The notes under the pieces are model-generated. The model searched no databases, had not been told where the DNA came from, and saw nothing but the letters and a program-made list of their open reading frames with translations. This document shows, in pieces, positions 41,630-52,640 of a stretch of 64,000 nt of DNA. Within the stretch, counting starts at the first letter, position 1. Each line of letters opens with the position of its first letter. Origin of the DNA: an uncultured Desulfospira sp. Lineage in GTDB: Bacteria; Desulfobacterota; Desulfobacteria; Desulfobacterales; Desulfobacteraceae. The position numbers and the translations under genes were made by a program. The stretch lies in assembly GCA_963663165.1 (NCBI GenBank), contig OY760175.1, positions 1,792,001 through 1,856,000 of the forward strand. The letters are read 5' to 3'.

Positions 41630-43417
41630 ATGACCTCGACCACCATGAAACAGAAAAACCTGATTTCCCAGTGGGCCTTTGATACGCGCCCCATCCTCGG
41701 CCGGTTTCACCTGTGGCTGGAAGATGTAAAAATCGAATGGATGAGGGGAGAAGAACAAGATGAAATGAACGGTTCCATCTCCTTTGTGGATGACCGGACC
41801 GAACGGATGCTGGCAATGACATCGGCGGTCACCGCCCTTGGCACCAAACTTTTCGGACGGTTCGGCCAGGGCGCCGGAATGGAGAAAAAAGACCTGAACC
41901 TGGTCAAAAAGGATGCCGACGCCATTTCCGCCTATTCCATGAGTGAAAGCCTCTGGTACCTGTCACGAACCCTTCCGGAGAACCATGCCATCATGGTCTG
42001 CTTAGGGGAAGGCCTGATGCCTAAAGCCGGCGAAACCCCTGAAATGGGGGCAAACCCCCTGCTGGGATTCGGCCGTGTCTATGCCAGGCCTGAGGTGGCC
42101 AAATTTCTTGAAGCCTGTGTCTTGAGGCTGATCAATGACCCGGATTACGGCTGGATGGACTTTAAACGGGCCATCACCAAAAAAGACATCACTGTCTGGG
42201 GCGCGGCCATCGACACCCTGGAAAACACGTCCCGGTTCGCCAAAGGTGAGGATACCGGCCCCATGACCGTTCTCCACCTGTTTGACCAGCCCCTGGCCAT
42301 CAGCGACCAGTATGAAGGGTATATCGGGACCCTGGTTCTGCCCAGAAAGGTTGTGGAAACAGCGGCCCTTGATTCGGTACTGGTCAATTATTTTACCCCC
42401 CGGGGCCTGGTGGTGTCCGCTATCAAAAAGGCATATCCCGGCATAGAGGCCAGCAATATTCATGTCTGGACCCTTCACGGCAAGGGCCGGGGCAGACGGA
42501 TCAGCCGCCTGTGGGAAGAATGGGAAAAGGCCGGGGCTCACCTGGTGGACGAAACCTGGGACCTTCCCACGGGGTTCAAGCCCTTTACGGATTCAGGCAC
42601 CTATGCCCCGACGTTTATGGTGGAATCCTGGACCGACGAGGCCGATCAGATTCACCTGTTTGTCGTGGACGGGTATGCCGGATCAGCCGAGGCCATTCAG
42701 GCCGCAAGCCTTGCCCCGGTCCTGGACCTGGATGTTTCCATGGCCGTGCTGTCTTCCAAATTTCACCTTCCCTATGATCTGGATGCCGCCTCCATGAAGC
42801 TGGACCCCCATAAAGATAACTTTGAGGACCGCCTTAAGACAGAATTTTTCAAACGGGATCTGGAACCAGAGCTTGTGGAACAGTACCGGGACAGCATCCT
42901 GGCCGCCCAAAAGGCCGGGATACCGTTAAACAAACGGACCATCAGCGCCGATGACCTGATCTCCGAAAAAGAGTGGAGTGCTCTTGCCACCAACGGGTAT
43001 ATGCTTCCGGACCCCTATACCGGCACCCCGGGCGTCACCCAGATCTCTGATGACACCTATGAAGTGACCACCCGCATGGCCACCCCCAAAGGGGATAAAC
43101 GGATCACCTTTGCCCTGAAGCTCGCGGAAAGCTTTGATGAGAGCAAGCTGGTGTTCACCCCCCTGCTCAACCGGTTCCTCAAGGGCGAGGATTTTACCCG
43201 CCGCCCGGTTAAGGTCTCGGACTCGGGCAGAATCAGGAACGAACTTCAGACCCTTTGCATGGACGCCTTAGAACATTACGGCAACAAGGTGGTGTTAAAA
43301 TTCGACCGGATTCCCAAGGCCACCATCTCCGAAGCCAAGCAGCAAGTCCTGAAAAAAATCCTGGTCTGGTACAAAGAAAATTATCCCATCTGGTTTGAGT
43401 GGCTGGATTTGGAATAA
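41630..43417 (+). CDS. Divergent GlpX (FBPase class II)-like protein
   Basis: DADAISAYSM, VCLGEG, AIDTLENTSRFAKG and VDGYAGSAEAIQAA line up by eye with GlpX motifs; start placed after the leader repeats. Confidence 0.55.
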   Translation: MTSTTMKQKNLISQWAFDTRPILGRFHLWLEDVKIEWMRGEEQDEMNGSISFVDDRTERMLAMTSAVTALGTKLFGRFGQGAGMEKKDLNLVKKDADAISAYSMSESLWYLSRTLPENHAIMVCLGEGLMPKAGETPEMGANPLLGFGRVYARPEVAKFLEACVLRLINDPDYGWMDFKRAITKKDITVWGAAIDTLENTSRFAKGEDTGPMTVLHLFDQPLAISDQYEGYIGTLVLPRKVVETAALDSVLVNYFTPRGLVVSAIKKAYPGIEASNIHVWTLHGKGRGRRISRLWEEWEKAGAHLVDETWDLPTGFKPFTDSGTYAPTFMVESWTDEADQIHLFVVDGYAGSAEAIQAASLAPVLDLDVSMAVLSSKFHLPYDLDAASMKLDPHKDNFEDRLKTEFFKRDLEPELVEQYRDSILAAQKAGIPLNKRTISADDLISEKEWSALATNGYMLPDPYTGTPGVTQISDDTYEVTTRMATPKGDKRITFALKLAESFDESKLVFTPLLNRFLKGEDFTRRPVKVSDSGRIRNELQTLCMDALEHYGNKVVLKFDRIPKATISEAKQQVLKKILVWYKENYPIWFEWLDLE

Positions 43418-43582
43418 GAATTTTGGGATATGGGACTTGGGATATGGGATTTGCGGAAAAGGCCGCAGGGCAGTCCCCAAATCCCAGGTCCCATATCCCG
43501 TATCCTTTCTGTAGAACCAGACCATGGGAACCCGTGAAGACCGTGGAACCACCTTCAGCCTAAACCCCTTCAGCCTAATCCA

Positions 43583-44278
43583 CTATATCAAGCTTATGCT
43601 TTTTTCCCGGTCAACTCTATCAATGCAGAGAATGGCGTGCTTCTTGACATTGGCAATATGGCTTGCCAAAACCTTCTGGGCGTTTTCAACATCTTTTCCC
43701 GCAATGTAGTCATACAGCTGAATATGCTCTGAATCCACGGTTTCCATGGGGGTAATAAACAGGACATTCCCCCGGTACTTGAGATAAAGCAGGTCAAATA
43801 AAAATTTTAAGGTGTTGTACTGAATAATGGAACCGGACAGTTCGGCCAGCAGAAGATGGAACTCCTTGTCCCTTAGCAGACGGTCTTTCAGATAAATATC
43901 CCGAACCGCTTCCAGGTGAGAATCAAGGGCTTTTCTTAATTTGTTCAGATCCCGTTTGCCAATGGTTTCGATGGTCCGTGGAATCAGCGCCACCTCAATG
44001 AGTTCCCTGAACTCATAAATTTCAGTGATTTCCTTTAGACTGATCTTTTCGGTATAATACCCCCGGTTGGGTTCATGACGGACCAGGCCCTGGAATTCCA
44101 GGCGCTTGAGGGCCTGAATCACCGGGGTCGTACTCATGTTCAGCCGTTTGGCCAGATCCCCGTATGAAATCTTCTGGCCGGGAATGATTTCATTGAGGAA
44201 AAACATGCGCCGGATGCCCATGTAGGCTTCCTGAGTAAAATCTTCCTTAACGGTTTTATTTTTTTTGGGTTGTGCCAT
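43583..44278 (-). CDS. GntR (FCD) family regulator
   Basis: wHTH LAKRLNMSTTPVIQALKRLEFQGLV; FCD D..FH...EH. Confidence 0.92.
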   Translation of the reverse strand: MAQPKKNKTVKEDFTQEAYMGIRRMFFLNEIIPGQKISYGDLAKRLNMSTTPVIQALKRLEFQGLVRHEPNRGYYTEKISLKEITEIYEFRELIEVALIPRTIETIGKRDLNKLRKALDSHLEAVRDIYLKDRLLRDKEFHLLLAELSGSIIQYNTLKFLFDLLYLKYRGNVLFITPMETVDSEHIQLYDYIAGKDVENAQKVLASHIANVKKHAILCIDRVDREKSISLI

Positions 44279-44471
44279 ATGCTGTTTTTCATATACCGGG
44301 ACCAAAAAAAAATCAATCAAAATTTACATTTTTACAGGAGTATATCATGAAAATTTTTATCCGGTTACTACTTGACATTACAGGAATCAGGCTATATTAA
44401 CTCATGAATTTAATCAGATTTATAATTAAATATTTAATCTGAGATTTGGTAACATATGAAGGAGAAAAATA

Positions 44472-45587
44472 ATGGCTTTAGCATTTATGGAAGGCAATGA
44501 AGCCATTGCCAGAGGGGCCATGGCCGCCGGGTGCAATTTTTTTGCAGGCTACCCCATTACGCCGGCCACCACCATATTTAATAACATGCTCAAAATGCTT
44601 CCCCCAAGAGGGGGCATCTGTATCCAGGGAGAAGATGAAATTGCCTCCATGGGATACTGCATCGGCGCATCCATGGCCGGTAAAAAAGCATTGACCGCCA
44701 CTTCCGGACCCGGCATCAGCCTTTACAGCGAACACATCTCATTTGCCATCGGCAGCGAGATCCCGCTGGTGATTGTGGATGTCCAGCGATTAGGCCCGTC
44801 CACGGGCTCTGCCACCAGGGGGGCCGATTCCGATATCCAGTTTTTAAGGTGGGGCGCAACCAGCGGGGTACCGGTGATTGTCCTTGCCCCCTGTGATGCC
44901 AAAGACTGTTATGAACTGGCGGTTCATGCCTTTAATTATGCCGAAGAGTTCCGGTGCCCGGTGTTCATTGCCTCCAACAAGGAAATCGGCATGACCAAGG
45001 AGAGCTTTGACATGGACTCCCTTGTCCTGCCCCCGCTGGTAGAACGGACCATCCATTCCGGAAAAAATTTTCTTCCCTTTGAAGCTGAGCCGGACAAGGC
45101 CCCGCCGTTCCTTCCCATGGGCGGCAAAACCCTGGTCAGGCAGACCTCCTCCACCCACGGCCCGGACGGGTATATCACCATTGACCCGGATGTGATCAGC
45201 GCCATGCAGTACCGCCTGAGAAACAAGCTTCACGCAGCCCGGGAGCGGATCAGCCTTTACACCGACCACATCGTTCCGGATACAGACACCTTAGTGATCA
45301 GCTACGGCATCACCTCAAGGGCCGTGGCAGATGCCGCAGACCTGCTGGCTGAAAAGGGAAAGCCGGTTTCCACCCTGTCGTTGAAAACCCTCTGGCCGGT
45401 TCCCGAACAGGTAATCCAAAAGACCGCTGAAAAATTCAGCCGGATTGTGGTCATAGAAATGAACTTAGGACAATACGTGAACGAAATCCGGCGGGTTCTT
45501 TCAGGCAAAACCGTTGATTTTTACGGCCAGATGAACGGGGTATTGATCTCCCCGGCAAAAATTGCGGAGGTGATTGAAAATGAATAG
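44472..45587 (+). CDS. 2-oxoacid:ferredoxin oxidoreductase alpha subunit
   Basis: GNEAIA, AGYPITP, EDEIAS, TATSGPG, QRLGPSTG. Confidence 0.92.
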   Translation: MALAFMEGNEAIARGAMAAGCNFFAGYPITPATTIFNNMLKMLPPRGGICIQGEDEIASMGYCIGASMAGKKALTATSGPGISLYSEHISFAIGSEIPLVIVDVQRLGPSTGSATRGADSDIQFLRWGATSGVPVIVLAPCDAKDCYELAVHAFNYAEEFRCPVFIASNKEIGMTKESFDMDSLVLPPLVERTIHSGKNFLPFEAEPDKAPPFLPMGGKTLVRQTSSTHGPDGYITIDPDVISAMQYRLRNKLHAARERISLYTDHIVPDTDTLVISYGITSRAVADAADLLAEKGKPVSTLSLKTLWPVPEQVIQKTAEKFSRIVVIEMNLGQYVNEIRRVLSGKTVDFYGQMNGVLISPAKIAEVIENE

Positions 45588-46869
45588 CTTTCTCAACACA
45601 AACAGGCCCCCTGTCTTCTGCCCGGGATGTACCCACGAAAGAATTACCGGAAGCCTGGACAAGGCCTTTATTGAACTGGGCTTTCCGGCCGATAAAATTG
45701 CCATTGTGACCGATATCGGGTGTTCCGGCCTGTTTGACACATTTTTTAATGTCCATGCCCTTCACGGGGTCCACGGCCGGGCCTTAACCTATGCCATGGG
45801 CCTGAAAATGGCCGACCCGTCCTTAAATGTTATCGTGACCATGGGAGACGGCGGGCTTGGCATCGGCGGGGCACATGTGCTGTCCGCCTGCCGGAAGAAC
45901 CTGGATTTAACCCTGCTGATTCTCAACAACTTTAACTTCGGCATGACCGGGGGCCAGTATTCGGCCACCACCCCCTGCGAGGCCGTGGTGGGATCGGAAT
46001 TTCTCAACCAGGTTGAAAAACCCATTGATATCTGCGCCATTGCCAGAAGCGCCGGTGCCACTTATGTCTCCCGATGCTCGGGTCTTGACAGCTCCCTGGT
46101 GGATGAACTGGTCAAGGCGGTCCGGCACAAGGGGTTCAGCGTTGTGGAAACCTTGGGGATGTGTACGGGCCGGTATACCAAGCGAAACAAACTGACCCCG
46201 TCGGCCATTGATCAGATGATTGCCGACAAGGCCTTTGAAGGCGGCCCCGTCAAGGAAAATTCAAGGCCTGAATACGGCGAGCTTTACAGGAAAATCGCCA
46301 AAGAAAAAACCACCTTCCCTGAGCCCATGGTGGTGGAAAAAACCTTTGACCTTCCCCATATGAAACGCCAGGAAGTGGTCATCTTAGGCTCCGCCGGCAT
46401 GAGAATTGTCACGGCCGGGGACATGCTGTGCGCCGCCGGTATCAGTGCGGGATATAATGTATCCATTAAAAATGACTACAATATCACTGTCTTAAGGGGA
46501 CAGTCCGTATCTGAAATCATCCTGTCCCCTGAAAAAATCGGGTACACGGGCATCAAATCCCCCACCATTGTCATGGCCTTAAGCGATGAGGGCGTGGCAC
46601 GGCGAAAGGCGGTGTTTGCCAAGCTTTCCCCGGATGCCGTTGTGCTCAGGGAAAAGAGCGTGGCCATTCCTGAAACCCCGGCCAAGGTTGAAGAGATCGA
46701 TTTTAAAGCCCTTAAAATCCGGAACACGGACTGGGCCCTGGCCTCTTTGGCCTGGCTGGCAGCTAAAGGAACCGTATTGAACAAAGAAATGCTTGAATTT
46801 GCCATGAAATCCAGGTTCAACGAAAAGGTTTTTGCCCTGGCCATGGAGACGGTTAACAAAGTCATGTAA
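45580..46869 (+). CDS. 2-oxoacid:ferredoxin oxidoreductase fused beta-gamma subunit
   Basis: FCPGC, DIGCS, GDG...NN TPP motif; C-terminal GSAGMRI...RG gamma domain. Confidence 0.9.
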   Translation: MNSFLNTNRPPVFCPGCTHERITGSLDKAFIELGFPADKIAIVTDIGCSGLFDTFFNVHALHGVHGRALTYAMGLKMADPSLNVIVTMGDGGLGIGGAHVLSACRKNLDLTLLILNNFNFGMTGGQYSATTPCEAVVGSEFLNQVEKPIDICAIARSAGATYVSRCSGLDSSLVDELVKAVRHKGFSVVETLGMCTGRYTKRNKLTPSAIDQMIADKAFEGGPVKENSRPEYGELYRKIAKEKTTFPEPMVVEKTFDLPHMKRQEVVILGSAGMRIVTAGDMLCAAGISAGYNVSIKNDYNITVLRGQSVSEIILSPEKIGYTGIKSPTIVMALSDEGVARRKAVFAKLSPDAVVLREKSVAIPETPAKVEEIDFKALKIRNTDWALASLAWLAAKGTVLNKEMLEFAMKSRFNEKVFALAMETVNKVM

Positions 46870-46886
46870 CGGTCCCACTCTCCCTT

Positions 46887-46932
46887 AAAAAATCCCTCTC
46901 CAAATTTTTTTTTTTGGCAGAGGGATTTTTTT
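46887..46932 (+). terminator. Intrinsic terminator
   Basis: AAAAAATCCCTCT...AGAGGGATTTTTT stem after the operon. Confidence 0.7.
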
Positions 46933-47353
46933 ATCCGGCAATTTTGTGGACATGGTGGACATCAGTGGACGTTGCCTAGTCCACTATGTCCACTTCTCAA
47001 GCCCCCCCCTGAAACCCAGGGTCATCGCATGTAAAAAAAAGCAATCTATTCCGGAATTGAAAATAAGGATAATCTCAATAAAACGTAGGGAGACCGGATG
47101 CGCCCTCCAAAGGAACCCGGCATCCGACATCTATCGCTCCATTTTGGGTCAATGCATGGTCCGCTCCAACCCTACCGCTCAAACCAGGGAACTTGACGGT
47201 TTCGGTCTCCCGTCTCCCTTCCTTCCGGTTTCCTTTTTTTACATTATCCTTATCATCAAAATTGACATCACCGGCAGGCAAGTGACATGCGATCACCCTG
47301 CCCTGCCCTATTCACATTGTTCTTTTTGGTTTTTTCATGTATGAGACAATACC

Positions 47354-48079
47354 ATGAAAACAAAAAACAGCCAGATTACTGAAAACTGCTACTCCCCGGC
47401 CCCGGGCATCCACATTCTGGCCTTAAGAATCTCAGACTGCCTGGCCCGGATTCTTCCCGGAAAGATACCTGAAAACTACCTGGGCAAACCCCGCATTGAT
47501 TTTGCGGAATCGGACTTTTGCCAAAGGGTTTTCAGCCCCAGGGAAATAAGGTCCATTAACCATTTCAAAATCCTGAAAAAACAAGCCGAATGGATCTGCG
47601 GCAGGTATACGCTGAAACGGCTTGCCCAAAAGGTTTTAACGCCGGAAAACCGCCTTGAAGAGATAACGGTTTCCTACCTGGCCAAAGGGGCGCCGTTTAT
47701 TGAAGCCCTGCCCCATGTTCCCATTTCCATTTCCCACTCGGGTGATTACACGGCCGCTGCGGTATCCACTGACCCGGACATCACCTTGGGCATCGACATT
47801 GAAAAAATCGGTTCCCTGCCCCGGCCGGGGTTTATGAAAACCGCCTTCACCCAAAATGAAATTGCGGCCATGCCCCAGACGGCCCGGGATGTTTTCATCC
47901 ACTGGACCCTGAAAGAGGCCTATCTTAAATTGATTAAACTTGGGTTTAATGAAAGCCTTCACCGGGTTGAAATTATTAACACCCAGGTGTTTTCACACGG
48001 CAAGCCCCAGCCGGTCAAAAGCGTTACCCAGATCCTTGACGAATCATACGCGCTCAGCCTGATGTGGAACAGCCCTTGA
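47354..48079 (+). CDS. 4'-phosphopantetheinyl transferase (Sfp-like)
   Basis: GAP, ISISHSG, LGIDIE, WTLKEAYLK. Confidence 0.9.
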   Translation: MKTKNSQITENCYSPAPGIHILALRISDCLARILPGKIPENYLGKPRIDFAESDFCQRVFSPREIRSINHFKILKKQAEWICGRYTLKRLAQKVLTPENRLEEITVSYLAKGAPFIEALPHVPISISHSGDYTAAAVSTDPDITLGIDIEKIGSLPRPGFMKTAFTQNEIAAMPQTARDVFIHWTLKEAYLKLIKLGFNESLHRVEIINTQVFSHGKPQPVKSVTQILDESYALSLMWNSP

Positions 48080-48105
48080 CAACGGCGAAATGAATATCCT
48101 ATAGT
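48076..48105 (+). promoter_or_regulatory. Putative sigma70 promoter
   Basis: TTGACA-N18-TATAGT upstream of 48232. Confidence 0.5.
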
Positions 48106-48231
48106 GGTGTTTATTCCGACGTTTACCCACAGAGGTTAAACCATTCACAGGGGATTTGACGCAAGCCACACCGGGATTTTCGTTTCGCGGACAGTGGTTG
48201 ACAGCCTTTAGATTCAAACAAGTTAAGCCAA

Positions 48232-50643
48232 ATGACAGACCAACGGAACCCCCGCATACTTCTCATTGGCGACAATGGGAAAAACATCGCCGACCTTCAG
48301 GAAACCCTGGGAGACCTGAAGGTTGAAATCGCCGAGACCGCTTCCAGCGAAGAGGCGATACAACGGATTCTGGTCACGGATTTCTCCCTGATCGTTCTCG
48401 GTGCCCCCCCAGGCCAAAGCATTGAAACCGCCAGAATGTTGAAAAAAGTGGCTGCTGCGGCCCACCTGCCCATCATCCTGTGGACAGCCGGCGTCACGGA
48501 TGACGCCATGATAGAACAGGCCTATGATGCCGGTGTTACGGATATCATTTCCCCCCCGGTCCACAAAGCGATGCTGCAAAACAAGATCACCGCTTTGATA
48601 GCCCATGGCCCATCCGGTCGGCACATCAACGCCAAAGCCCCCATCGTAAAAAAAGAAAACCCCAAAGTCCTGGTGGTGGACGATACCCCGGCCAATCTCC
48701 TGGTAATGAAAAAGCTGCTGGCCAGATTAGAGGTGGATGTCACCTGTGTCTCTTCTGGAAATGAAGCCTTGACCCAGACCCTGTACAATGACTTTGCCGT
48801 GGTGTTTCTGGACGTGCAGATGCCCGGGATGGACGGGTATGAAGTGGCCGAACTGATGAAATCCAACGAAAGCACAGCCGATATCCCCATTATTTTTCTC
48901 ACCGCCATTGACCGGAACGACGCCAAAGAGGTTAAAGGATACGACAAGGGGGCGGTAGATTTCATTTTCAAGCCCATAAACGAATTTATCCTGCTGAGCA
49001 AAGCCCAAATTTTCCTTGATCTGTATAATCTGCGGGCCAACCTTGAAGCCCTGGTGGAAGAGCGGACTTTTGCCCTTCAAAAAAGCAATGAGAAGCTGCG
49101 CCAGGAGATGTGGAACAAGGAGATGGCCCAAAAAGACCTGATCCGGATGAAAGAATACTTAAGAAGTGTGTTTAACTCCATGTCCACCCTTCTGATCGGC
49201 GCCGATATGACGGGAACCATCTCTAATATTAACCTGGTGGCCCAGCAGCATTCCGGAATCAGCCCGGACGATGCCATAGGAAAAAATATCGCCGATATTT
49301 TCCCTGAATTCAATGATACCATCACCGAACTGACCGGGGAACTGCGCACCAGAAAAGAGCCCATTAAAAGAAACAATGTCCCCATCAGCCGGGACGGCAG
49401 TGACCGGATTTACTTTTTTTCCATCAACCCCCTGGTGGATGCACACATGGAACAGGTGGTCATCAGCATTGCCGATGTCACGGAAACCCGGCAAATGGAA
49501 GAAGAACTGCAACAGCGGCGGCATATTGACTCATTAGGGCAGCTTGCCGGCGGCATTGCCCATGATTTCAACAACCTGTTGACCGCCATCATGGGGGCTT
49601 CGGAACTGCTTCAGATGATTGCCGAAGACAAACCCGAATTTGAGTCGCCCATTCAGACCATATCCGTCTCGGTTGAACGGGCCGCTGAACTGACCGGCAA
49701 ACTGCTCAGTTTTGCCCGCAAGAGCGGGGTTGAAAAGGTTCCCGTGGATATTCACCAGATTCTCAAAGATACCACCACCATTCTCAAACGAAGCATTGAC
49801 AAGAGGATTGAGGTAGCGGTCAAGCCTGAAGCGGCCCACAGCATTATTGAAGGGGGCGTATCCGAGCTGTCCAATGCCTTGCTCAATCTGGGGGTGAATG
49901 CCCGGGACGCCATGCCCGACGGCGGCACCCTGACCTATAAAACCGCCAATTACCAGGCGGCGGGAACTGATCAGGAACAGCTCATGGGCCTTGCCCCGGG
50001 CGAATATGTCCGGGTCGAAATCTCAGATACCGGCACCGGCATCCCTGAGGAAATTCAAAAGAAAGTGTTTGAGCCCTTTTTCACCACCAAAGACCCCGGC
50101 AAAGGAACCGGGTTGGGGCTGGCCTCTGTTTACGGCACGGTCAAAGAACACAGCGGCGTGGTTCAACTGGACAGTGCCATGGGCAAGGGAACTGTTTTTT
50201 CACTTTATTTTCCCATCAGCGCCCAGGCGGCTTCCATGGAAGGCCAGGCCGTCAAATCCTTAGAAGACGAAAAATTCCACGGCACGGTATTGTTCATTGA
50301 TGATGAAGACATTGTCCGTGCCATCGGGGCGGAACTGCTCAAATCCCTGGGCCTTAATGTTCTTTTGGCCGGCAGCGGCCATGAGGCTTTTGACCTTATC
50401 AAACAGCACAGAAATGAGATTTCCCTTATTCTCCTGGATATGGTTATGCCGGAACTGAACGGCAAAGACTGTTATATGGAAATTCGCAGGATCATGCCCG
50501 AAGCCAACGTTGTGCTTTGCAGCGGCTTTACCCCGGATGCCGATATCAAGGAACTTGAGGGAAAAGGGGTCAAAGGGTTTATCCCCAAGCCCTTTTACAT
50601 GTCAGGCCTGCGGGAGGCCATGGCAGCCTACCTGCCCGCTTAA
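48232..50643 (+). CDS. REC-REC-PAS hybrid histidine kinase-REC
   Basis: VVDD...FLDVQMP; GIAHDFNN; GTGLGL; C-terminal REC. Confidence 0.92.
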   Translation: MTDQRNPRILLIGDNGKNIADLQETLGDLKVEIAETASSEEAIQRILVTDFSLIVLGAPPGQSIETARMLKKVAAAAHLPIILWTAGVTDDAMIEQAYDAGVTDIISPPVHKAMLQNKITALIAHGPSGRHINAKAPIVKKENPKVLVVDDTPANLLVMKKLLARLEVDVTCVSSGNEALTQTLYNDFAVVFLDVQMPGMDGYEVAELMKSNESTADIPIIFLTAIDRNDAKEVKGYDKGAVDFIFKPINEFILLSKAQIFLDLYNLRANLEALVEERTFALQKSNEKLRQEMWNKEMAQKDLIRMKEYLRSVFNSMSTLLIGADMTGTISNINLVAQQHSGISPDDAIGKNIADIFPEFNDTITELTGELRTRKEPIKRNNVPISRDGSDRIYFFSINPLVDAHMEQVVISIADVTETRQMEEELQQRRHIDSLGQLAGGIAHDFNNLLTAIMGASELLQMIAEDKPEFESPIQTISVSVERAAELTGKLLSFARKSGVEKVPVDIHQILKDTTTILKRSIDKRIEVAVKPEAAHSIIEGGVSELSNALLNLGVNARDAMPDGGTLTYKTANYQAAGTDQEQLMGLAPGEYVRVEISDTGTGIPEEIQKKVFEPFFTTKDPGKGTGLGLASVYGTVKEHSGVVQLDSAMGKGTVFSLYFPISAQAASMEGQAVKSLEDEKFHGTVLFIDDEDIVRAIGAELLKSLGLNVLLAGSGHEAFDLIKQHRNEISLILLDMVMPELNGKDCYMEIRRIMPEANVVLCSGFTPDADIKELEGKGVKGFIPKPFYMSGLREAMAAYLPA

Positions 50644-50664
50644 CCCACAGATAAACAGGCGTTT

Positions 50665-52617
50665 TCATTCAGCCTGGCGCATCAGGTTCTGTTCCTTTAA
50701 GGCCTGGTTTTCTTTCTCCAGTTCTTCCTGGCGGTACAGCAGCTCCTGGGACAAGCGTTTAAACCGGTCATTGACAATGGCGGAATAAACCGCCACGGCA
50801 ATGAGCGTCTGGGCCTGCTCTGCCAGGTTCAGGTGTTTTTCTTCCAGGGGAAAGCAGGCGGCAAGCTCCATTACCCCTAACACCTCATCCTCATACACCA
50901 GGGGGATAATGAGAACATCGCTGGGGGTTCCTGACCCCAAAGACGAATTTATCCTTAAATATTCACTGGGAATCCGGGTCAGATGAAGGGTCTTTTTTCC
51001 CATCACCACCTGACCGGGCAGGCCTTCCCCTTGCCGGAAAACACAGGAGACATTTTCTTGCAAGGGATAGGCAAAGGAAGCGGCCAGTTCATAAAAATCC
51101 CCGCCGTCATTGTCCTCCTGGCGGCGGATAAACACGGTCCCGGTAAGCGCCCCAATATAACGGGCAATAAAGGTAACGGCTTTTTCACACAATTCGTTTA
51201 GCTGGTAATTGCCGCTGATCTGTTCACTGAGCCGGGTTAAGCCGGTTTTGATCCAGTCTTCTTCCCGGTTCCTGATGTCGGCTTTTTCAAGGGTTTCCAG
51301 CATGGAATTCAATGAGTCCACCAGGTCATCGCTCCCCTGTTTTTCACGGGAAAACCGGAATCCGTAGTTTTTTGAGCCAATGGCCTTTTGAAGCTTTTCA
51401 AAAATAGTGCGAAACCGTGACTCACTTTCCCGCAAGGTCACTGAAGAGGTCTTAATTTTTTCGAGCAGGGAATTAAATTCTTTGGCCAGATAAGCAATTT
51501 CATCCCGGCTGTCAATGGTGGCCCGAACCGAATCATCGCCATTGGTATACTGCTGTAACACGCGGACAAGACGGTTGATGGGGCGGGTGAGCATTTTTGA
51601 TGTTAACGAACTGAGCAGCAGGGCAAAAACCAGGCCTAACCCGGCAATCCCCATGGTCAGCATCAATGTGCGGTGAACCTTGGCCATGATTTCCCTTTCA
51701 TCTACACTGATGGCCAGGCAAAAAGAAACCGGAATTTTGCGGGACTGGTCAAGATCTGAAATAAAATTTAAGGGAAGGTGATTATAATGGCGGTTTCCGT
51801 CCCTGGTTTGAAAGACGGTTATGGTGCCTTCTTTGGCGTCACTGAAAAGGGTCCGGGCAGGGACCAGGGGGTTAAATTCATCTTCTTGAACATTGTTGGC
51901 TGCCCAGCAGACCACCTTTTCCGAAGACTTGTCCAGGACAAACACCTTGCTGCCCGGAAGGGATGAAAATTCCAATTCCTTTAGCACCTCATGGCAGATT
52001 CTGGTCAGGGTGGACAAGTCAAGAAACCCCAGGAAATAGCCATTGGTTTCCCCAAGGGCATCAACGGTCTGATGAACAAAAATCAGAAAAGGCGAGCCAT
52101 CTTTGCTCCGGATGTCCTTATCACCGGGCACCACCAGGGCAAGACCATTGTCACAGGATTTGATTCGGGAAAAATAGGAAAGCGCCCCCCCGATGAGGCT
52201 GTCCGCCTGGGTACCGTTATCCAAGGTACGGCTTTCCTGTATAATTCTACCGTTTTTATCCACCATGAGCATGGCCGGAAACTCTGTGTGGGTCTTCTGG
52301 ATATAGGCCATTTGATATTTGAGATCATCCCAGGCATCAAACTCCGTGGCCAGGCGAAAAATATCGCCCTGGACCCATTCTTGAAAAAACCGGGAGGATG
52401 TGGACAAAAAAGCGTTGAGTTTATCCCTGCCGCTGCTGCTGATCAGGACCATCTGCCGGTCACTGTTCTCAAGGGTATTTTCCTTTAAGGGCAGATACGT
52501 GGCCCCTGCAATTAAAAACATGGGCAGAACCGTCAGGAAAAAGGCCAGACGAATTCTGGCGGTTATCTTTCCGGTATATTCATTTTCCGGGGGGTGATCG
52601 TTATGGCCGGCATTCAT
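50665..52617 (-). CDS. Membrane sensor (Cache-like/HAMP/GAF) without a kinase domain
   Basis: Two TM helices, HAMP (DEIAYLAKEFN), GAF (GEGLPGQ...GVMELA); ends after a short coiled coil. Confidence 0.8.
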   Translation of the reverse strand: MNAGHNDHPPENEYTGKITARIRLAFFLTVLPMFLIAGATYLPLKENTLENSDRQMVLISSSGRDKLNAFLSTSSRFFQEWVQGDIFRLATEFDAWDDLKYQMAYIQKTHTEFPAMLMVDKNGRIIQESRTLDNGTQADSLIGGALSYFSRIKSCDNGLALVVPGDKDIRSKDGSPFLIFVHQTVDALGETNGYFLGFLDLSTLTRICHEVLKELEFSSLPGSKVFVLDKSSEKVVCWAANNVQEDEFNPLVPARTLFSDAKEGTITVFQTRDGNRHYNHLPLNFISDLDQSRKIPVSFCLAISVDEREIMAKVHRTLMLTMGIAGLGLVFALLLSSLTSKMLTRPINRLVRVLQQYTNGDDSVRATIDSRDEIAYLAKEFNSLLEKIKTSSVTLRESESRFRTIFEKLQKAIGSKNYGFRFSREKQGSDDLVDSLNSMLETLEKADIRNREEDWIKTGLTRLSEQISGNYQLNELCEKAVTFIARYIGALTGTVFIRRQEDNDGGDFYELAASFAYPLQENVSCVFRQGEGLPGQVVMGKKTLHLTRIPSEYLRINSSLGSGTPSDVLIIPLVYEDEVLGVMELAACFPLEEKHLNLAEQAQTLIAVAVYSAIVNDRFKRLSQELLYRQEELEKENQALKEQNLMRQAE

Positions 52618-52640
52618 AGCTTCTCCATCAACGCCTTTTA

